From Massalongia carnosa (Eukaryota), in NCBI GenBank assembly GCA_965645245.1, contig OZ287085.1:62001-126000 (forward strand): a DNA stretch of 64,000 nucleotides, in the 5' to 3' direction. The translations under genes were made by a program, and so were the position numbers. This document shows positions 1-11,111 of this stretch, one piece after another. Every line of letters starts with the position of its first letter. Positions within the stretch are counted from its first letter, which is position 1. The notes beneath the pieces are model-generated. The model did not search any database, was not told the DNA's origin, and worked only from the letters and a program-made list of their open reading frames with translations.

Positions 1-1
1 A

Positions 2-2665
2 AAGATTGCAGAGCAAGTCAAGATTCCTGGCAGGGGGGACCCAAAGGCGGACATATTCCGGCTAGTTAAAAAGTGGTTATGCGACGAGAAGAACGGAAAG
101 TGGGCTCTGGTTCTCGACAATGCCGACGAAACTACTGTGCTGTTCGAAACTCTTGTCACGGGCCAGAAGGCGCAGGCCAGCGGGTCTAGCGGCGGGCCCA
201 CGCAATCACTGTTAGCATATCTACCTCAGAGCCGAAACGGCTCGATTCTCGTCACCACCCGGACTAAAAGTGTGGCATTGCGGCTAGCGGAAGAAAGTGA
301 CATAATACCGATTGAGCCGATGAATCATACCCATGCGCTAACGCTTCTTGAAAAGAAGCTGGGAGAAAAGATCGATAGAGAAGATACTTCTGAGCTAGCA
401 GTAGCACTTGAATTTATGCCGCTTGCCATTGTTCAAGCGGCTGCATACATTCGACTAAGAGTACCAAGATATTCTGTACGACAGTACGTAGATGAGTTCC
501 ATAAGAATGATAAAAAAAAGACTAGTCTCTTGAATCACGAAGCGGGACATCTTCGCAGGGACCAGGAGGCTAAAAACTCGATCATTATAACCTGGCAAAT
601 ATCGTTTGATCATATTCATCAGACTAGGCCTTCGGCGGCTAATCTGCTGTCGCTTATGAGCTTTTTCGATCGACAGGGAATTCCTGAGGCTTTACTCAAG
701 AAACAAAACGAAGGGGAAAATGAAAATACAGCCGAAGCTGCTGGAGATGACGAAGATGATGACCACAAAGACGATAGCGATGGGGATATCGTAACCTATC
801 TCAGCGTCGATAAGTTTGAAGACAACATACTTATCTTGAGAGACTATTCGTTCATCACCATCAGCATGGATGGAACTACCTTTGAGATGCACGGGCTAGT
901 GCAGCTAGCCATCAGAAAGTGGCTAGAAGCATCCAATCAGCTCGAAAGATGGAAGCAGCAGTACATCAAGAATCTCTGTACAGTATTTCCGAATGGAGAT
1001 TACGAGAATTGGACAAAGTGTCAAGCACTTTTTCCTCACGCAAAGTTGGCAGTAGCGCAGCAGCCAGCTGTCGAAAGCTCATTACAAGATTGGGCCTTGA
1101 TACTATATCACGCTGCGTGGTATGCGTGTGCGAAAGGGAGTTACTTTGAAGCAGCGACAATGGCCTTAAAAGCAACAATAACCAGGCAAAAATTGCTGGG
1201 TCTAGAGGATGAAAAGACATTGGAAAGTATGGCTATGCTAGCCACGGCATACAGCAATGGAGGGCGACGAAAGGAGGCAGAAAAGCTGGAGGTGCAAGTG
1301 ATGAAGACGAGAAAGAGGGTGCTAGGGACGGAGCATCCTTCCACGCTGATCAGCATGGGCAACCTTGCATCGACGTATTGGAAGCAAGGACGCTGGACGG
1401 AGGCCGAAGAGCTGGAGGTGCAAGTGATGGAGACGAGAAAGAGGGTGCTAGGGACGGAGCATCCAGACACGCTGACCAGCATGGGCAACCTTGCGTCGAC
1501 GTACGGGAATCAAGGACGATGGACGGAGGCCGAAGAGCTGGAGGTGCAAGTGCTGGAGACGAGAAAGAGGGTGCTAGGGACGGAGCATCCAGACACGCTG
1601 GCCAGCATGAACAACCTTGCGTTGACGTATTGGAATCAAGGACAATGGACGGAGGCCGAAGAGCTGGGGGTGCAAGTGATGAAGACGAGAAAGAGGGTGC
1701 TAGGGACGGAGCATCCAGACACGCTGACCAGCATGGGCAACCTTGCGTCGACGTATTGGAATCAAGGACGATGGACGGAGGCCAAAGAGCTGGAGGTGCA
1801 AGTGATGGAGACGAGTGCGAGGTTGCTAGGGACGGAGCATCCTTCCACGCTGACCAGCATGAGCAACCTTGCGTCGACGTACGGGAATCAAGGACGATGG
1901 ACGGAGGCCGAAGAGCTGGAGGTGCAAGTGATGAAGACGAGAAAGAGGGTGCTAGGGACGGAGCATCCTTCCACGCTGACCAGCATGAACAACCTTGCGT
2001 TGACGTATTGGAATCAAGGACGATGGACGGAGGCCGAAGAGCTGGGGGTGCAAGTGATGGAGACGAGAAAGAGGGTGCTAGGGACGGAGCATCCTTCAAC
2101 GCTGACCAGCATGGGCAACCTTGCGTTGACGTACGGGAATCAAGGACGATGGACGGAGGCCGAAGAGCTGGGGGTGCAAGTGATGAAGACGAGAAAGAGG
2201 GTGCTAGGGACGGAGCATCCAGACACGCTGACCAGCATGGGCAACCTTGCGTCGACGTATTGGAATCAAGGACGATGGACGGAGGCCAAAGAGCTGGAGG
2301 TGCAAGTGATGGAGACGAGAAAGAGGGTGCTAGGGACGGAGCATCCACACACGCTGATGAGCATGGGCAACCTTGCGCCGACGTATTTGAATCAAGGACG
2401 ATGGACGGAGGCCGAAGAGCTGGGGGTGCAAGTGATGGAGACAAGAAAGAGGGTGCTAGGGACGGAGCATCCAGACACGCTGACCAGCATGGGCAACCTT
2501 GCATTTACGTGGAAGTCTCAAGGCCGCAATGATGAGGCTCTCTCACTGCTAAAGGAATGTTTTGAGCTAAGAAAACACAAATTGGGTCCTCAACATCCTG
2601 ATACACTGTCTTCACTAGAGGCTCTTAATGAGTGGCAGAAGGAGAGTTTAACAGTGGAATCTTAA
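2..2665 (+). CDS. Fungal NLR, NB-ARC + TPR repeats (5' end lies outside the window)
   Basis: The frame is open from base 2 (KIAEQVKIP...KWALVLDNAD, Walker-B-like). It contains SILVTTR, MPLAIVQAAAY and MHGLVQ (MHD-like) motifs, then 42-aa TPR units (HPDTLTSMGNLASTY..QGRWTEAEEL). Confidence 0.93.
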   Translation, partial: KIAEQVKIPGRGDPKADIFRLVKKWLCDEKNGKWALVLDNADETTVLFETLVTGQKAQASGSSGGPTQSLLAYLPQSRNGSILVTTRTKSVALRLAEESDIIPIEPMNHTHALTLLEKKLGEKIDREDTSELAVALEFMPLAIVQAAAYIRLRVPRYSVRQYVDEFHKNDKKKTSLLNHEAGHLRRDQEAKNSIIITWQISFDHIHQTRPSAANLLSLMSFFDRQGIPEALLKKQNEGENENTAEAAGDDEDDDHKDDSDGDIVTYLSVDKFEDNILILRDYSFITISMDGTTFEMHGLVQLAIRKWLEASNQLERWKQQYIKNLCTVFPNGDYENWTKCQALFPHAKLAVAQQPAVESSLQDWALILYHAAWYACAKGSYFEAATMALKATITRQKLLGLEDEKTLESMAMLATAYSNGGRRKEAEKLEVQVMKTRKRVLGTEHPSTLISMGNLASTYWKQGRWTEAEELEVQVMETRKRVLGTEHPDTLTSMGNLASTYGNQGRWTEAEELEVQVLETRKRVLGTEHPDTLASMNNLALTYWNQGQWTEAEELGVQVMKTRKRVLGTEHPDTLTSMGNLASTYWNQGRWTEAKELEVQVMETSARLLGTEHPSTLTSMSNLASTYGNQGRWTEAEELEVQVMKTRKRVLGTEHPSTLTSMNNLALTYWNQGRWTEAEELGVQVMETRKRVLGTEHPSTLTSMGNLALTYGNQGRWTEAEELGVQVMKTRKRVLGTEHPDTLTSMGNLASTYWNQGRWTEAKELEVQVMETRKRVLGTEHPHTLMSMGNLAPTYLNQGRWTEAEELGVQVMETRKRVLGTEHPDTLTSMGNLAFTWKSQGRNDEALSLLKECFELRKHKLGPQHPDTLSSLEALNEWQKESLTVES
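1275..2530 (+). repeat. Tandem array of ~10 near-identical 126-bp TPR units
   Basis: 126-nt period visible in the DNA and 10 NLA motifs in the translation. Confidence 0.95.
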
Positions 2666-2832
2666 AGCGATTCATATAAATCAGAATTAAATCCTATTAT
2701 CCTTAAAACTTAACTCTTTGGGCGTTTGTTGATCAAAGCAGCGTAAGAATGCTACTTTTTATTCTGTCCAAAGCTGAAAGCTCAGAATATGAGTGACAGA
2801 ACGATCGAGCTCACTGACGCACGCGACTACCC

Positions 2833-3111
2833 CCAGGTTTTGAACTCGCCCGCGGTAGCAGAAAGGCCTAAGCGGTGTGCTCCAACTGTTCCAAATAGCA
2901 GGAAGTCGTCAAACCTTCTCCCTCGAGCATTCGTCTCCGCGCCCTTGTCCAGCAACATGTCCGCCACCTTTTCGTGGTCTAGTTCCGCTGCCCATATTAA
3001 CGCTGTCCGCCCGTGCTGAGCTTGTGCCTCCAGCTGTACCTATCTAGCACCCATGATCATGCTCAGAATAACTTCGTGTCCATTGAACGCTGTAAGCCTG
3101 TTGTCATTCAT
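2833..3111 (-). pseudogene. Ankyrin-repeat fragment
   Basis: Reverse-complement copy of 31790-32068 (GRTALIWAAELDHEKVADMLLDKGAETNARG). Confidence 0.6.
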
Positions 3112-3508
3112 GACCGGCAGGTCTTCATATCATGATAAAGCCCGCCATAGCGAGTGAAACCATAGTCGAAATTGATTATCTTCTTCTACCCGGCATAGTT
3201 CACGACTGCATCTTTCAGCTCGGAAGCAGCATTTCGGAAACGAGCCGCCAAATGTTCAGAACCTGATGTTGCTGTATCTCGAGCCACGTTTGACTTGCCA
3301 GAATAGACACATTTTGCATGATAGGCGGATTTTATGCTGCTTCTCAACAATGCTTGGAGTTATGATTTTCCTGCACATGTTTTGGCAACTTCGATGAAAA
3401 GCATCGCTCTTGCTCCTGGTTGAAATCAGTATTATGAGTTCATCCGTTGTAGCAGTTCAGAATCTACTGCATTTTGAGGCTTGATAACATGACTCTCGCT
3501 TGTGATAG

Positions 3509-3627
3509 TGTTAAATAAACAGTTGACGGCATAATGTTGAAATTACTACGGAGGTGACTGCTTATAGCAGTCATGGCAGCCTGCAGGGCTGAGCTAGAAC
3601 TAATGGGGCTAAGCGAGTATTCCAACA
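3509..3627. mobile_element. 119-bp solo LTR
   Basis: TGTT...AACA termini flanked by 5-bp TSD GATAG (3504-3508, 3628-3632). It is absent from the paralogous site near 31400, where there is a single GATAG. Confidence 0.85.
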
Positions 3628-4007
3628 GATAGGATTGGCGATGGTTTATGTACTTTATCGCAAGTGATCAGCATGTCATGAGGCGGCAAGAGTAATTCGG
3701 CTAGGGCGAAAGGTAATGCCGGGACCGAGTGGAGGCAGGCCGTGGATAGCCAACGAAGGCCGAAGGCCGAAGGCCGAAGGAGGATGATGTCCAAATAGTT
3801 GGACAAGGAGGGGAGAGAAAGGGCATAAATAGGTGGCCTTTTGGCACTCTTCTCCTCATCATCACCATTGATTCGGAGTTCAGCACCAAAAGGTCTATTG
3901 AAAGTCTTTCCCGAATTAAACATATCTGTCAATCACCCACCCTCAACCCCATCATTCTAAATCACCTCCATTTCTCATCCTATATTACCTCCCACATTGA
4001 GCCCATC

Positions 4008-5132
4008 ATGCCTTCCCATCGCCCTCAAAGAATCACCAAGCCTTCCGCCCGCTCCGGAAACACCCCCGGGCCTGGTCAACGTCCCACTCGTTCCACCCGA
4101 CCCCCTAGTGGAGGGGCCATAGTTCCAGAAACACAGCATCCTCCGAACACTCAAGGCTCGGAAGGAACACTTCCGGGCGATGTGATAGACGTCCACCGAA
4201 CACCGGAACCAACCCCGGACCTGCTGTTGGACCTCAGGGCTCAGCAGGAGGCCACGGCGACAGCCCTCAGGCAGGAGGAGACCCGTCAACTTCAAAAGCA
4301 AATCGCCGACAACTTGGCGCCCATTCAGCGCATAAGGAAAGGAAACACAGTTCCCGAGGGTAGGCAGGAGGCACACACTCCCCACCCGAACCAGCTACTG
4401 CCCGCTGAAACCGAAGGTACGGATCCATGTCTCCTTCCTCTAATTATCGAGTATCCCGCCATAAACAGCATTTATTTCCGACAAATTCTAAACAACAAAT
4501 TCGATCCCATAAATATTTCCAAGCTCTGCACCGATGTAGTCTTAATCAAACCAACTGTCAAACGAGTGAACCTGGCCAAAGGATACGAGTTAATACAAGA
4601 AGAAGACGATGCGTCACCAGGAGACATCAAGGGACTACCTCACCTGATTCGCTGCCTCAGGGTGTATTGGCAGGTCTTGCTTCATTTGGCACCATCCGGA
4701 ATAAAAGACAGTCTTTGTAGGGCCTTTCAAATCTATCAGGACCGCTTGTTGTTACATTACACCATCTACACTTGGGAGTCAGTACGAGTATTTCATATAA
4801 TCTTCCACAGGGGTCGGGTGTACCAGGGAGTGAACGACCCGGCCGAATGGAGGAGAATTGACACCACCGTCGAAAACATGTACCTTACTCGACGGACACC
4901 TAACTTGTCCATGACGGGAGGTACCACCAAGCAGCACCAGGGATCAATTCCGGTAGGCGGCTCCACTGAACCAAAGCCTATGTCCTGCAATCGATACAAC
5001 GCAGGGCGGGAATGCAAGGACTGCAGGTACCCTCACGTCTGCAGTCTCTGTTTCGGCCATCACACGAAAAACAACTGCCCCAAGGCACATATCAGCAACC
5101 CAAATTTCATGTCAACAGGTAGACGAGATTGA
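4008..5132 (+). CDS. gag: Ngaro-1 Gag-like ORF1 with C-terminal Cys/His zinc fingers
   Basis: CNRYN..C..C.YPHVCSLC...H....C motif; homologous to ORF1 of the other two elements (FDPINI.KLC, YTWES). Confidence 0.85.
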   Translation: MPSHRPQRITKPSARSGNTPGPGQRPTRSTRPPSGGAIVPETQHPPNTQGSEGTLPGDVIDVHRTPEPTPDLLLDLRAQQEATATALRQEETRQLQKQIADNLAPIQRIRKGNTVPEGRQEAHTPHPNQLLPAETEGTDPCLLPLIIEYPAINSIYFRQILNNKFDPINISKLCTDVVLIKPTVKRVNLAKGYELIQEEDDASPGDIKGLPHLIRCLRVYWQVLLHLAPSGIKDSLCRAFQIYQDRLLLHYTIYTWESVRVFHIIFHRGRVYQGVNDPAEWRRIDTTVENMYLTRRTPNLSMTGGTTKQHQGSIPVGGSTEPKPMSCNRYNAGRECKDCRYPHVCSLCFGHHTKNNCPKAHISNPNFMSTGRRD

Positions 5133-6723
5133 CTAGCCGGCCCATTTGAGCATATCGCCGAAGGGTTCCCCTATCCGCTGATAGATAAATCAGCAATCGT
5201 ACCCTCAGGGCCTCTAAGAAAAGAAGGCTGGGAACTTCACCTCATGGGTCATCCGGACAAAATTTACAAACAGACCATTCACGATATAATCGTGTACGGG
5301 GCCAAAATTGGTTACACCGGCCCAGAGCAGTTCATTCTAAGCAGCAACCTGGCCTCGGCCAACGAGGCCCCAGAAATTCTAACCATGGACGTAGAGGACC
5401 AAAGGGCCAAAAACCGATTGATCGAGGTGCCCACCCTACCAGCCAAATATATATGCTCCCCCTTAGGCTTAGTCCCCAAAGCAAACGGAGGATGGCGCCG
5501 TATTCATCACCTCTCCCACCCCGAGGGTAATTCGGTGAACGACTTCATTCCCGAGGAATGGGGCGCTCTGGAATATATCACTTTCGACGAAGCCCTCGCC
5601 GGCGTCAGAAGAATGGGCAAGGACTGCGTACTGATCAAACGAGATCTAGCCGATGGCTTTCGCCACGTTCCAGTGGCGCAAAGCGATTGGTGGTTGCTGG
5701 GTTTTTGTTGGAACGGGGTTTACTAGATAGAACGCTTTCTTCCATTCGGCCTCAGGACGTCTCCCTTCTTGTTTGACTTATTCGCGAAAGGTCTGAACTG
5801 GATGATGATTAATAAAACAAATGGCGAAGTTATTCACTACTTGGACAATTTTCTCGGAATCGTTCGCGCTATTCCCGATGCGGCATCCTTCGAAATTTGT
5901 TCAGACCTTCGGCCTAAAAATCAACGAAAAATAAACAAGGCACGGTAGTCGAATTCCTGGGCATAGAGCTGGACACACACCTCATGCAGGCACGACTACC
6001 GGCCGAAAAGCTTCAGAAAGCTAAGGATCTCGTCCAATCAACATTGAATAAATCCACGATAACCAGAAACGAGCTAGACACTCTGCTGGGATTTCTGTGC
6101 TTTGCAGCCAAAGTGGTGGTACCGGGAAGAACTTTTCTCCGACGCCTTTTCAACAGCAAAATCGGGCCCGCGCGCCCATTTATTCATATCAATTCTCACA
6201 TAAAAGCTGATCTTTTATGGTGGCATCATTTCCTTCCATTATGGAACGGCATACACATTATTAGCCCTTCGAGACCCCTGCTCCGTCTCTGGACGGATGC
6301 CAGTGGGGACTTCGGAATCGGGGCATACATACTTCAAGGTGGTCAGACCACACACACATTGCCCGCTGAGCAAGTGGTTTCTGAACGTTATACCACTAGG
6401 CTCAGAGCCAAACATATCAATGAGAAGGAGATGACAGCGATTCTGCACGCCATACGGCGGTGGCTCCCCATGTGCAAGGGAATCTTCTTCTTTATTGCGA
6501 CAGCTTTGCTGTAATGTCCGGGGTCAAAAAGACCTCCATTCGGGGCGGGGCCATGCATCCCTTCCGGAATATCGTCATGATGGCGGCAATATATGACATT
6601 GAGATTGAACCACACTGGCTGTCTACCAAAGAAAATTTCTTAGCAGATTGGTTGTCCCGAGGACTATTTGGAAAAACCGCTGACAATTACCCCAACCTGC
6701 AGGGTATTTCATCGAACAAATAA
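5133..6723 (+). pseudogene. Ngaro-1 RT/RNase H, disrupted
   Basis: SPLGLVPK, RRIHHLS, LPFGLRTSP, YLDN (YLDD mutated), WTDASG, ADWLSR. TAG at 5724-5726 and frameshifts near 5900 and 6480. Confidence 0.9.
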
Positions 6724-7663
6724 CGGCGTCACTCGCCCGCGACCCTCCAGAGACTTGGTATAACGAGGTTCCGCTGGATCGCCGAGCAGCCAGATATTTA
6801 TGGTGGGGCATAGCAATTAGGACTCGAGGGCTTTACGATGCAGCCCGGAAAAGCTACACGACCCACTGTCAATTGGCAACGAATTTCCCTCCCTTTCCAG
6901 CGACAATTCGAAGCCTTTCGGCATGGATAGCCGCCCTGGCTCAGCGAGGGCTCCGCCCCAAAACCATCACAAACTATTTAGCTGGAGTACGATCGAGCCA
7001 ATTGGCCATGGGCCTAGGGGACCTGGAGGTCTTTCACCATCCAGTCCTAGACAGAATAATTGCGGGAGTAAAACGAATGCACGGTGAACCAGAAAGACGA
7101 GAAAGGCTACCAATCACACGCAACATTTTGATAAAATTGCTACGGAAACTAGACACTACTAACGAGGTCCAGGCAACACTTCATGCGGCATACAGCATCG
7201 CATTCGCCGCCTTCTTAAGAGCGGGAGAATTTACCTACAAACAGGGAGAAATACAAGACTCCAGCTTCGATTCATGGCATTTAACTAGGAAATCGGTGGA
7301 TCTATAGGCGGATCGAATAATTCTTTCCCTACCGTCATCCAAGACGGATCCTTTTCGAAGGGGTAGAAAAATTTATATCGCAGCAACAAACGACGAAGCA
7401 TGCTCGATCACCTCCATTCGGAACTTGTTTACCCGCTTCCCGAAACCAGCATCGTCCCCATTGTTCCAGGTTCAGGACAAGGCCTTCACTCGTGAATATT
7501 TAGTGCAGGCCCTACGGAGTGGCCTCCGGGCAGTTGACGTCCGAGCGAATTACTCGGGTCATTCGTTTCGACGGGGTGCAGCAACAACGGCCAAGAACTC
7601 GGGCTTGCTAGAGGAAGATATTCAGACCTTGGGCCGATGGAAATCAGACTCGTATCAATTGTA

Positions 7664-8979
7664 CAAATCGGGTCTAGGAAGTCAGCAAACACTTCGCTTA
7701 ATTTCCCCTCATCTAAATTCCCCCCTTACTTCACCCCCCCCTTTCTACATCAATTTTCATCTGATCAACGAAATGCCTTCTAAACCCAAGACGGCCAGAC
7801 GTGAACACTCATCTGAAACCATTGCTATCGTTGTAGCCCTTCATGAAGTTCACTTATCCTATGCTGAAATAGCCCGTCAAGTTCGGCTGGCCCGTTCCAC
7901 CGTAGTCACCATAGTTCATAGAGCTAAGAGACAAGCCGACGCCTCTTCCGTTCCCAAAAAACGTACTGGTCGGCCAACCAAGCTAAATGTCCGTGCCAGA
8001 CGGGCATTGATTCGCCATGTTGAGAAAAATCCACACGATAATTTGCTGGCCCTGACTACCCCTTCCAAATCGGGTCAAAAGCTCTCTCGCGTCACCGTAC
8101 GAAAATATCTGAAGCTCGGTGGCTATTTCCGTTTCAGGGCTAGAAAAAAGCCGTTTCTATCAGCACGTCACAAAGCAATCAGGCTAAAATGGGGCAAGGA
8201 GCATAAGCATTGGACGGTAGAAGATTGGGGCCGAGTTATATGGACAGATGAAGCTATGTTTGAAACTGGTTTAGACACTCGCTCGTGCTACGTCACGAGA
8301 CGAAAAGGCACGGCCATGGAGTCTAGATATCTGAAGCCTACATTCAAAAGCGGACGAAGCACTGTGGGCATCTGGGCTAGCATACGATTGGGTGAAAAAG
8401 GCCCTATGCTCGTTTTGAATAAGGGGAGACGAATGAATTCAGATATCTACATTGACGAGGTGCTACGGCCTTTAGGGCTCTCGTTTTATGAAGCATGCTT
8501 GACTAGGCGAGGTTTGACGATCTGGATGGATGACGGAGCCAGCTATCATACTTCGAAAAAGGTGATTGATTGGGGAAGACGAAACGGGCTTTTACGCATG
8601 GATTGGCCACCTCAGTCACCCGATTTGAATCCCATTGAGAATCTCTGGCGTATTATCAAAATACGGGTCAGTGCCCGTCGTCACCAAATCCATACAATTG
8701 AGGCCATGGAGCAGGCTATTCGGGAGGAATGGGAGCTGTTGACTGAGGAGGACTTCAGACGGTGCATTGAGAGCATGCCTGAGCGTATTCGCTTTCTTAT
8801 TAAGGCTAAAGGGGGTTCTATTAAATACTGATAACTTAATCTTCTTCAGAATACAGTATTTGACGAAATATGTAGGTTTCAAAGCATCAAGTTGGAAATT
8901 GATTGATTGGGGTGATTTTCATCATTAGGGGTGAGGGGTAAAATGGGGGTGGAACGCGGTCACTTCCTAGACCCGACTG
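7664..8979 (+). mobile_element. Tc1/mariner DNA transposon
   Basis: TA TSD (7662-7663, 8980-8981). TIR core TCGGGTCTAGGAAGT / ACTTCCTAGACCCGA. Confidence 0.93.
7773..8831 (+). CDS. Tc1-family DDE transposase
   Basis: N-terminal HTH, then VIWTDE, MDDGASYH and WPPQSPDLNPIENLW motifs; uninterrupted ORF. Confidence 0.92.
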   Translation: MPSKPKTARREHSSETIAIVVALHEVHLSYAEIARQVRLARSTVVTIVHRAKRQADASSVPKKRTGRPTKLNVRARRALIRHVEKNPHDNLLALTTPSKSGQKLSRVTVRKYLKLGGYFRFRARKKPFLSARHKAIRLKWGKEHKHWTVEDWGRVIWTDEAMFETGLDTRSCYVTRRKGTAMESRYLKPTFKSGRSTVGIWASIRLGEKGPMLVLNKGRRMNSDIYIDEVLRPLGLSFYEACLTRRGLTIWMDDGASYHTSKKVIDWGRRNGLLRMDWPPQSPDLNPIENLWRIIKIRVSARRHQIHTIEAMEQAIREEWELLTEEDFRRCIESMPERIRFLIKAKGGSIKY

Positions 8980-10238
8980 TACACTCAGACACACCCGGAC
9001 CAATTAATAGCGACCTCCCTTCGTTTTCAACGACCTCCCGCCACGTTCCGAACAGCACCACCGTAGGTGGGCCATTCTCTGCTTGGGGTTGGGAGTTTTT
9101 CCCCTCACTGCTGCCAAAACAAAGCCATTATAGGAGGGGCCCTCAGCAAAACTGAGCGCCAGCAGGGCAGCAGCGAGGGGAGAGTTGCCCAAACATAGAT
9201 AGAAATTATATATATGTTCAGCTGACACGATGGAGCCCGCGAATTACTATATATCTTCAAAGAAATCGTATCGCGTATCAGCACTTCAGTGTGGAATACG
9301 TTCAAGTTAATGGTTTTATGCATAGGACTCTGATCGTGAATACTGCTTTCCGGCAGACACGCTCACAATTAAGGTGTTGATTCATATTAGGCTTAAAGTG
9401 GAGATGAAGTCTTGTCTAATCTTCATGTACATAGCTCGTTCAGCAGATCATTGTCTCATTTCGTCGTAATCATCATTATCATCACTCATGCGAGTCATGA
9501 TGTTATTCTATTAGCGCTTGAACTTTTTTTCATGCAATTCATTTCTCATAGATCACACCATATACATTCATATTAACTGATAGAAGTCATTTCAGGCTAA
9601 ATCAGCAAGTCAGATTTCGATTGTCAGATTAAATGCTTCGCTACTTACCTCCACTGCTGACTCCTAAATGTTTCACCGCCTCAATCACGTTCCTCAACCC
9701 TTCCTCCCTCTTCACAAACGACCAAGACCCCTTCCTCACACTCTCCGAATCAATCCTTTCCTCCAACGCCTGATTCCGGGCCTTGATCTGCTCGTTCACG
9801 AACCGGTCTCTCACACTCCCCGTCATACTCTGAATATGTTGTGGAAGGATGAACTGGGTGGTGTGCGTGGTCCACTACTGCTAGGAGTGCAAGAGAACAA
9901 ACAAACAAGAGAAGAACAGAACAATAGAATAAGGACAATAGCTAGATTGGTCTCTGTATGCCTCGTGCCTCGTGCCTCGTGCCTGTGAACTGTATGTGTT
10001 GATGCTATGTGTTGTAGCTATTGCTACGAGCATGCTTGCTCTATAAGGAAAAGAACTATCTATAACTAAACTAAAAGAAAGACTGTCACCTGACTTCCCC
10101 GCTACCTTTACCGAGTATCAACCGAAAAGAACCAACTCCCGAACCGCTAGCAATTTGAATTTAGAGTATCACCGCTCCACCCCCCTACATAGTTCCCCTC
10201 TCTCTTTAGGTGTCGACCCCTGACACCTATCACTGTTC

Positions 10239-10754
10239 CTACTCCAGCGTTCGCTTCATTCCGGCCTCAGCAAACACTAACTCCTCCTCATCCAGCTCGG
10301 GTCCCGGAGTCGTATCAATGTCATCAGAGATGTGAGGAATAGGCCTGCCATGTGACTCTCGCTTTAACCGAAAAGATGACCTAGTCCCAAAGTCCTCTTC
10401 CTCTGCTTTCTTCACATGCTGAAACATAATAATGGCCTCCTTTAATGTCCGATTCCTCCATTCTCCAACTGCCCGTGACAGTTGGACCATATCCACCTCC
10501 TCAATAACATCTTCTCGTTGAGCTTTGAACTCTTCTTCTTTCATCACCGAGGCCCAGGCATCATTCTGTATGACATAGTCATAATAGTCCACTATGCTAT
10601 CCCCTAGCATATGCTGAAACTCTATTAGCTGCGATTCTATGGTCCTCTGTCCCTCGTATCGGTCTGCTGGGGTCAATGTCTCAAGAAAAGCTAGTGCGTC
10701 TGTCATGTGGTGGAAGCGGTCATTTCCTAGGACAATGACTAATTGGAAAGACAT
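10239..10754 (-). CDS. Extra acidic ORF between integrase and 3' LTR, unknown function
   Basis: 171-aa ATG-initiated ORF in element sense; no motif recognised. Confidence 0.4.
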   Translation of the reverse strand: MSFQLVIVLGNDRFHHMTDALAFLETLTPADRYEGQRTIESQLIEFQHMLGDSIVDYYDYVIQNDAWASVMKEEEFKAQREDVIEEVDMVQLSRAVGEWRNRTLKEAIIMFQHVKKAEEEDFGTRSSFRLKRESHGRPIPHISDDIDTTPGPELDEEELVFAEAGMKRTLE

Positions 10755-11111
10755 GCCAAAAGATGTAAGGCAAGTAAGGTAAGATAAATTGTTCCAAGTT
10801 ATCGAGTAGCTTGCTGACTTTCGCTTAGATAAGAAGTTGAGCTTAGCAGAGATGTTTGCTGATAGGAAGATAGTATATGTGCTGATCAGGTAGGTAGTAA
10901 AAGCTAGATAATTTGCTGAGTTCTGGTAGTATGGAAAAGGTAAAACATGGAGGTGAGGATTCGGAAGATGGCAATTTCGACTAAGGTTGGTGAAGTTTTC
11001 GGTGAATTTTGGTAAGTGTGAAATGAAACTATTCCGAAGGTTCGTGTGCTTCCTCCGCTGACAATATGCATTTTACTAAGGAAATTCGTTCGATATAGGT
11101 AGTCGGATATG

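Larger units (their letters stand above)
6703..9066 (+). pseudogene. Ngaro-1 tyrosine recombinase, with in-frame TAG (7305-7307) and split by Tc1
   Basis: FLRAGE, SKTDPF, HSFRRGAAT and GRWKSDSYQLY motifs. The C-terminal TQTHPDQLIATSLRFQRPP resumes after 8981. Confidence 0.9.
3691..9248 (+). mobile_element. Ngaro/DIRS-type YR retrotransposon 1 (A-ORFs-B only; degenerate; Tc1 inserted)
   Basis: gag, RT/RH and YR ORFs. Termini AGTAATTCG...CGAATTACT. The empty site GGCGGCAAG-TATATATC is present in the right arm (~31331-31347). No TSD. Confidence 0.9.

Noticed and set aside
1275..2530. CRISPR-like periodicity
   Set aside because: Contiguous coding repeats with no unique spacers; eukaryotic context.
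1350..2532. 384-aa alternative-frame and antisense ORFs over the TPR array (also 32369-33508)
   Set aside because: A stop-free 126-bp unit keeps other frames open automatically; no independent coding evidence.
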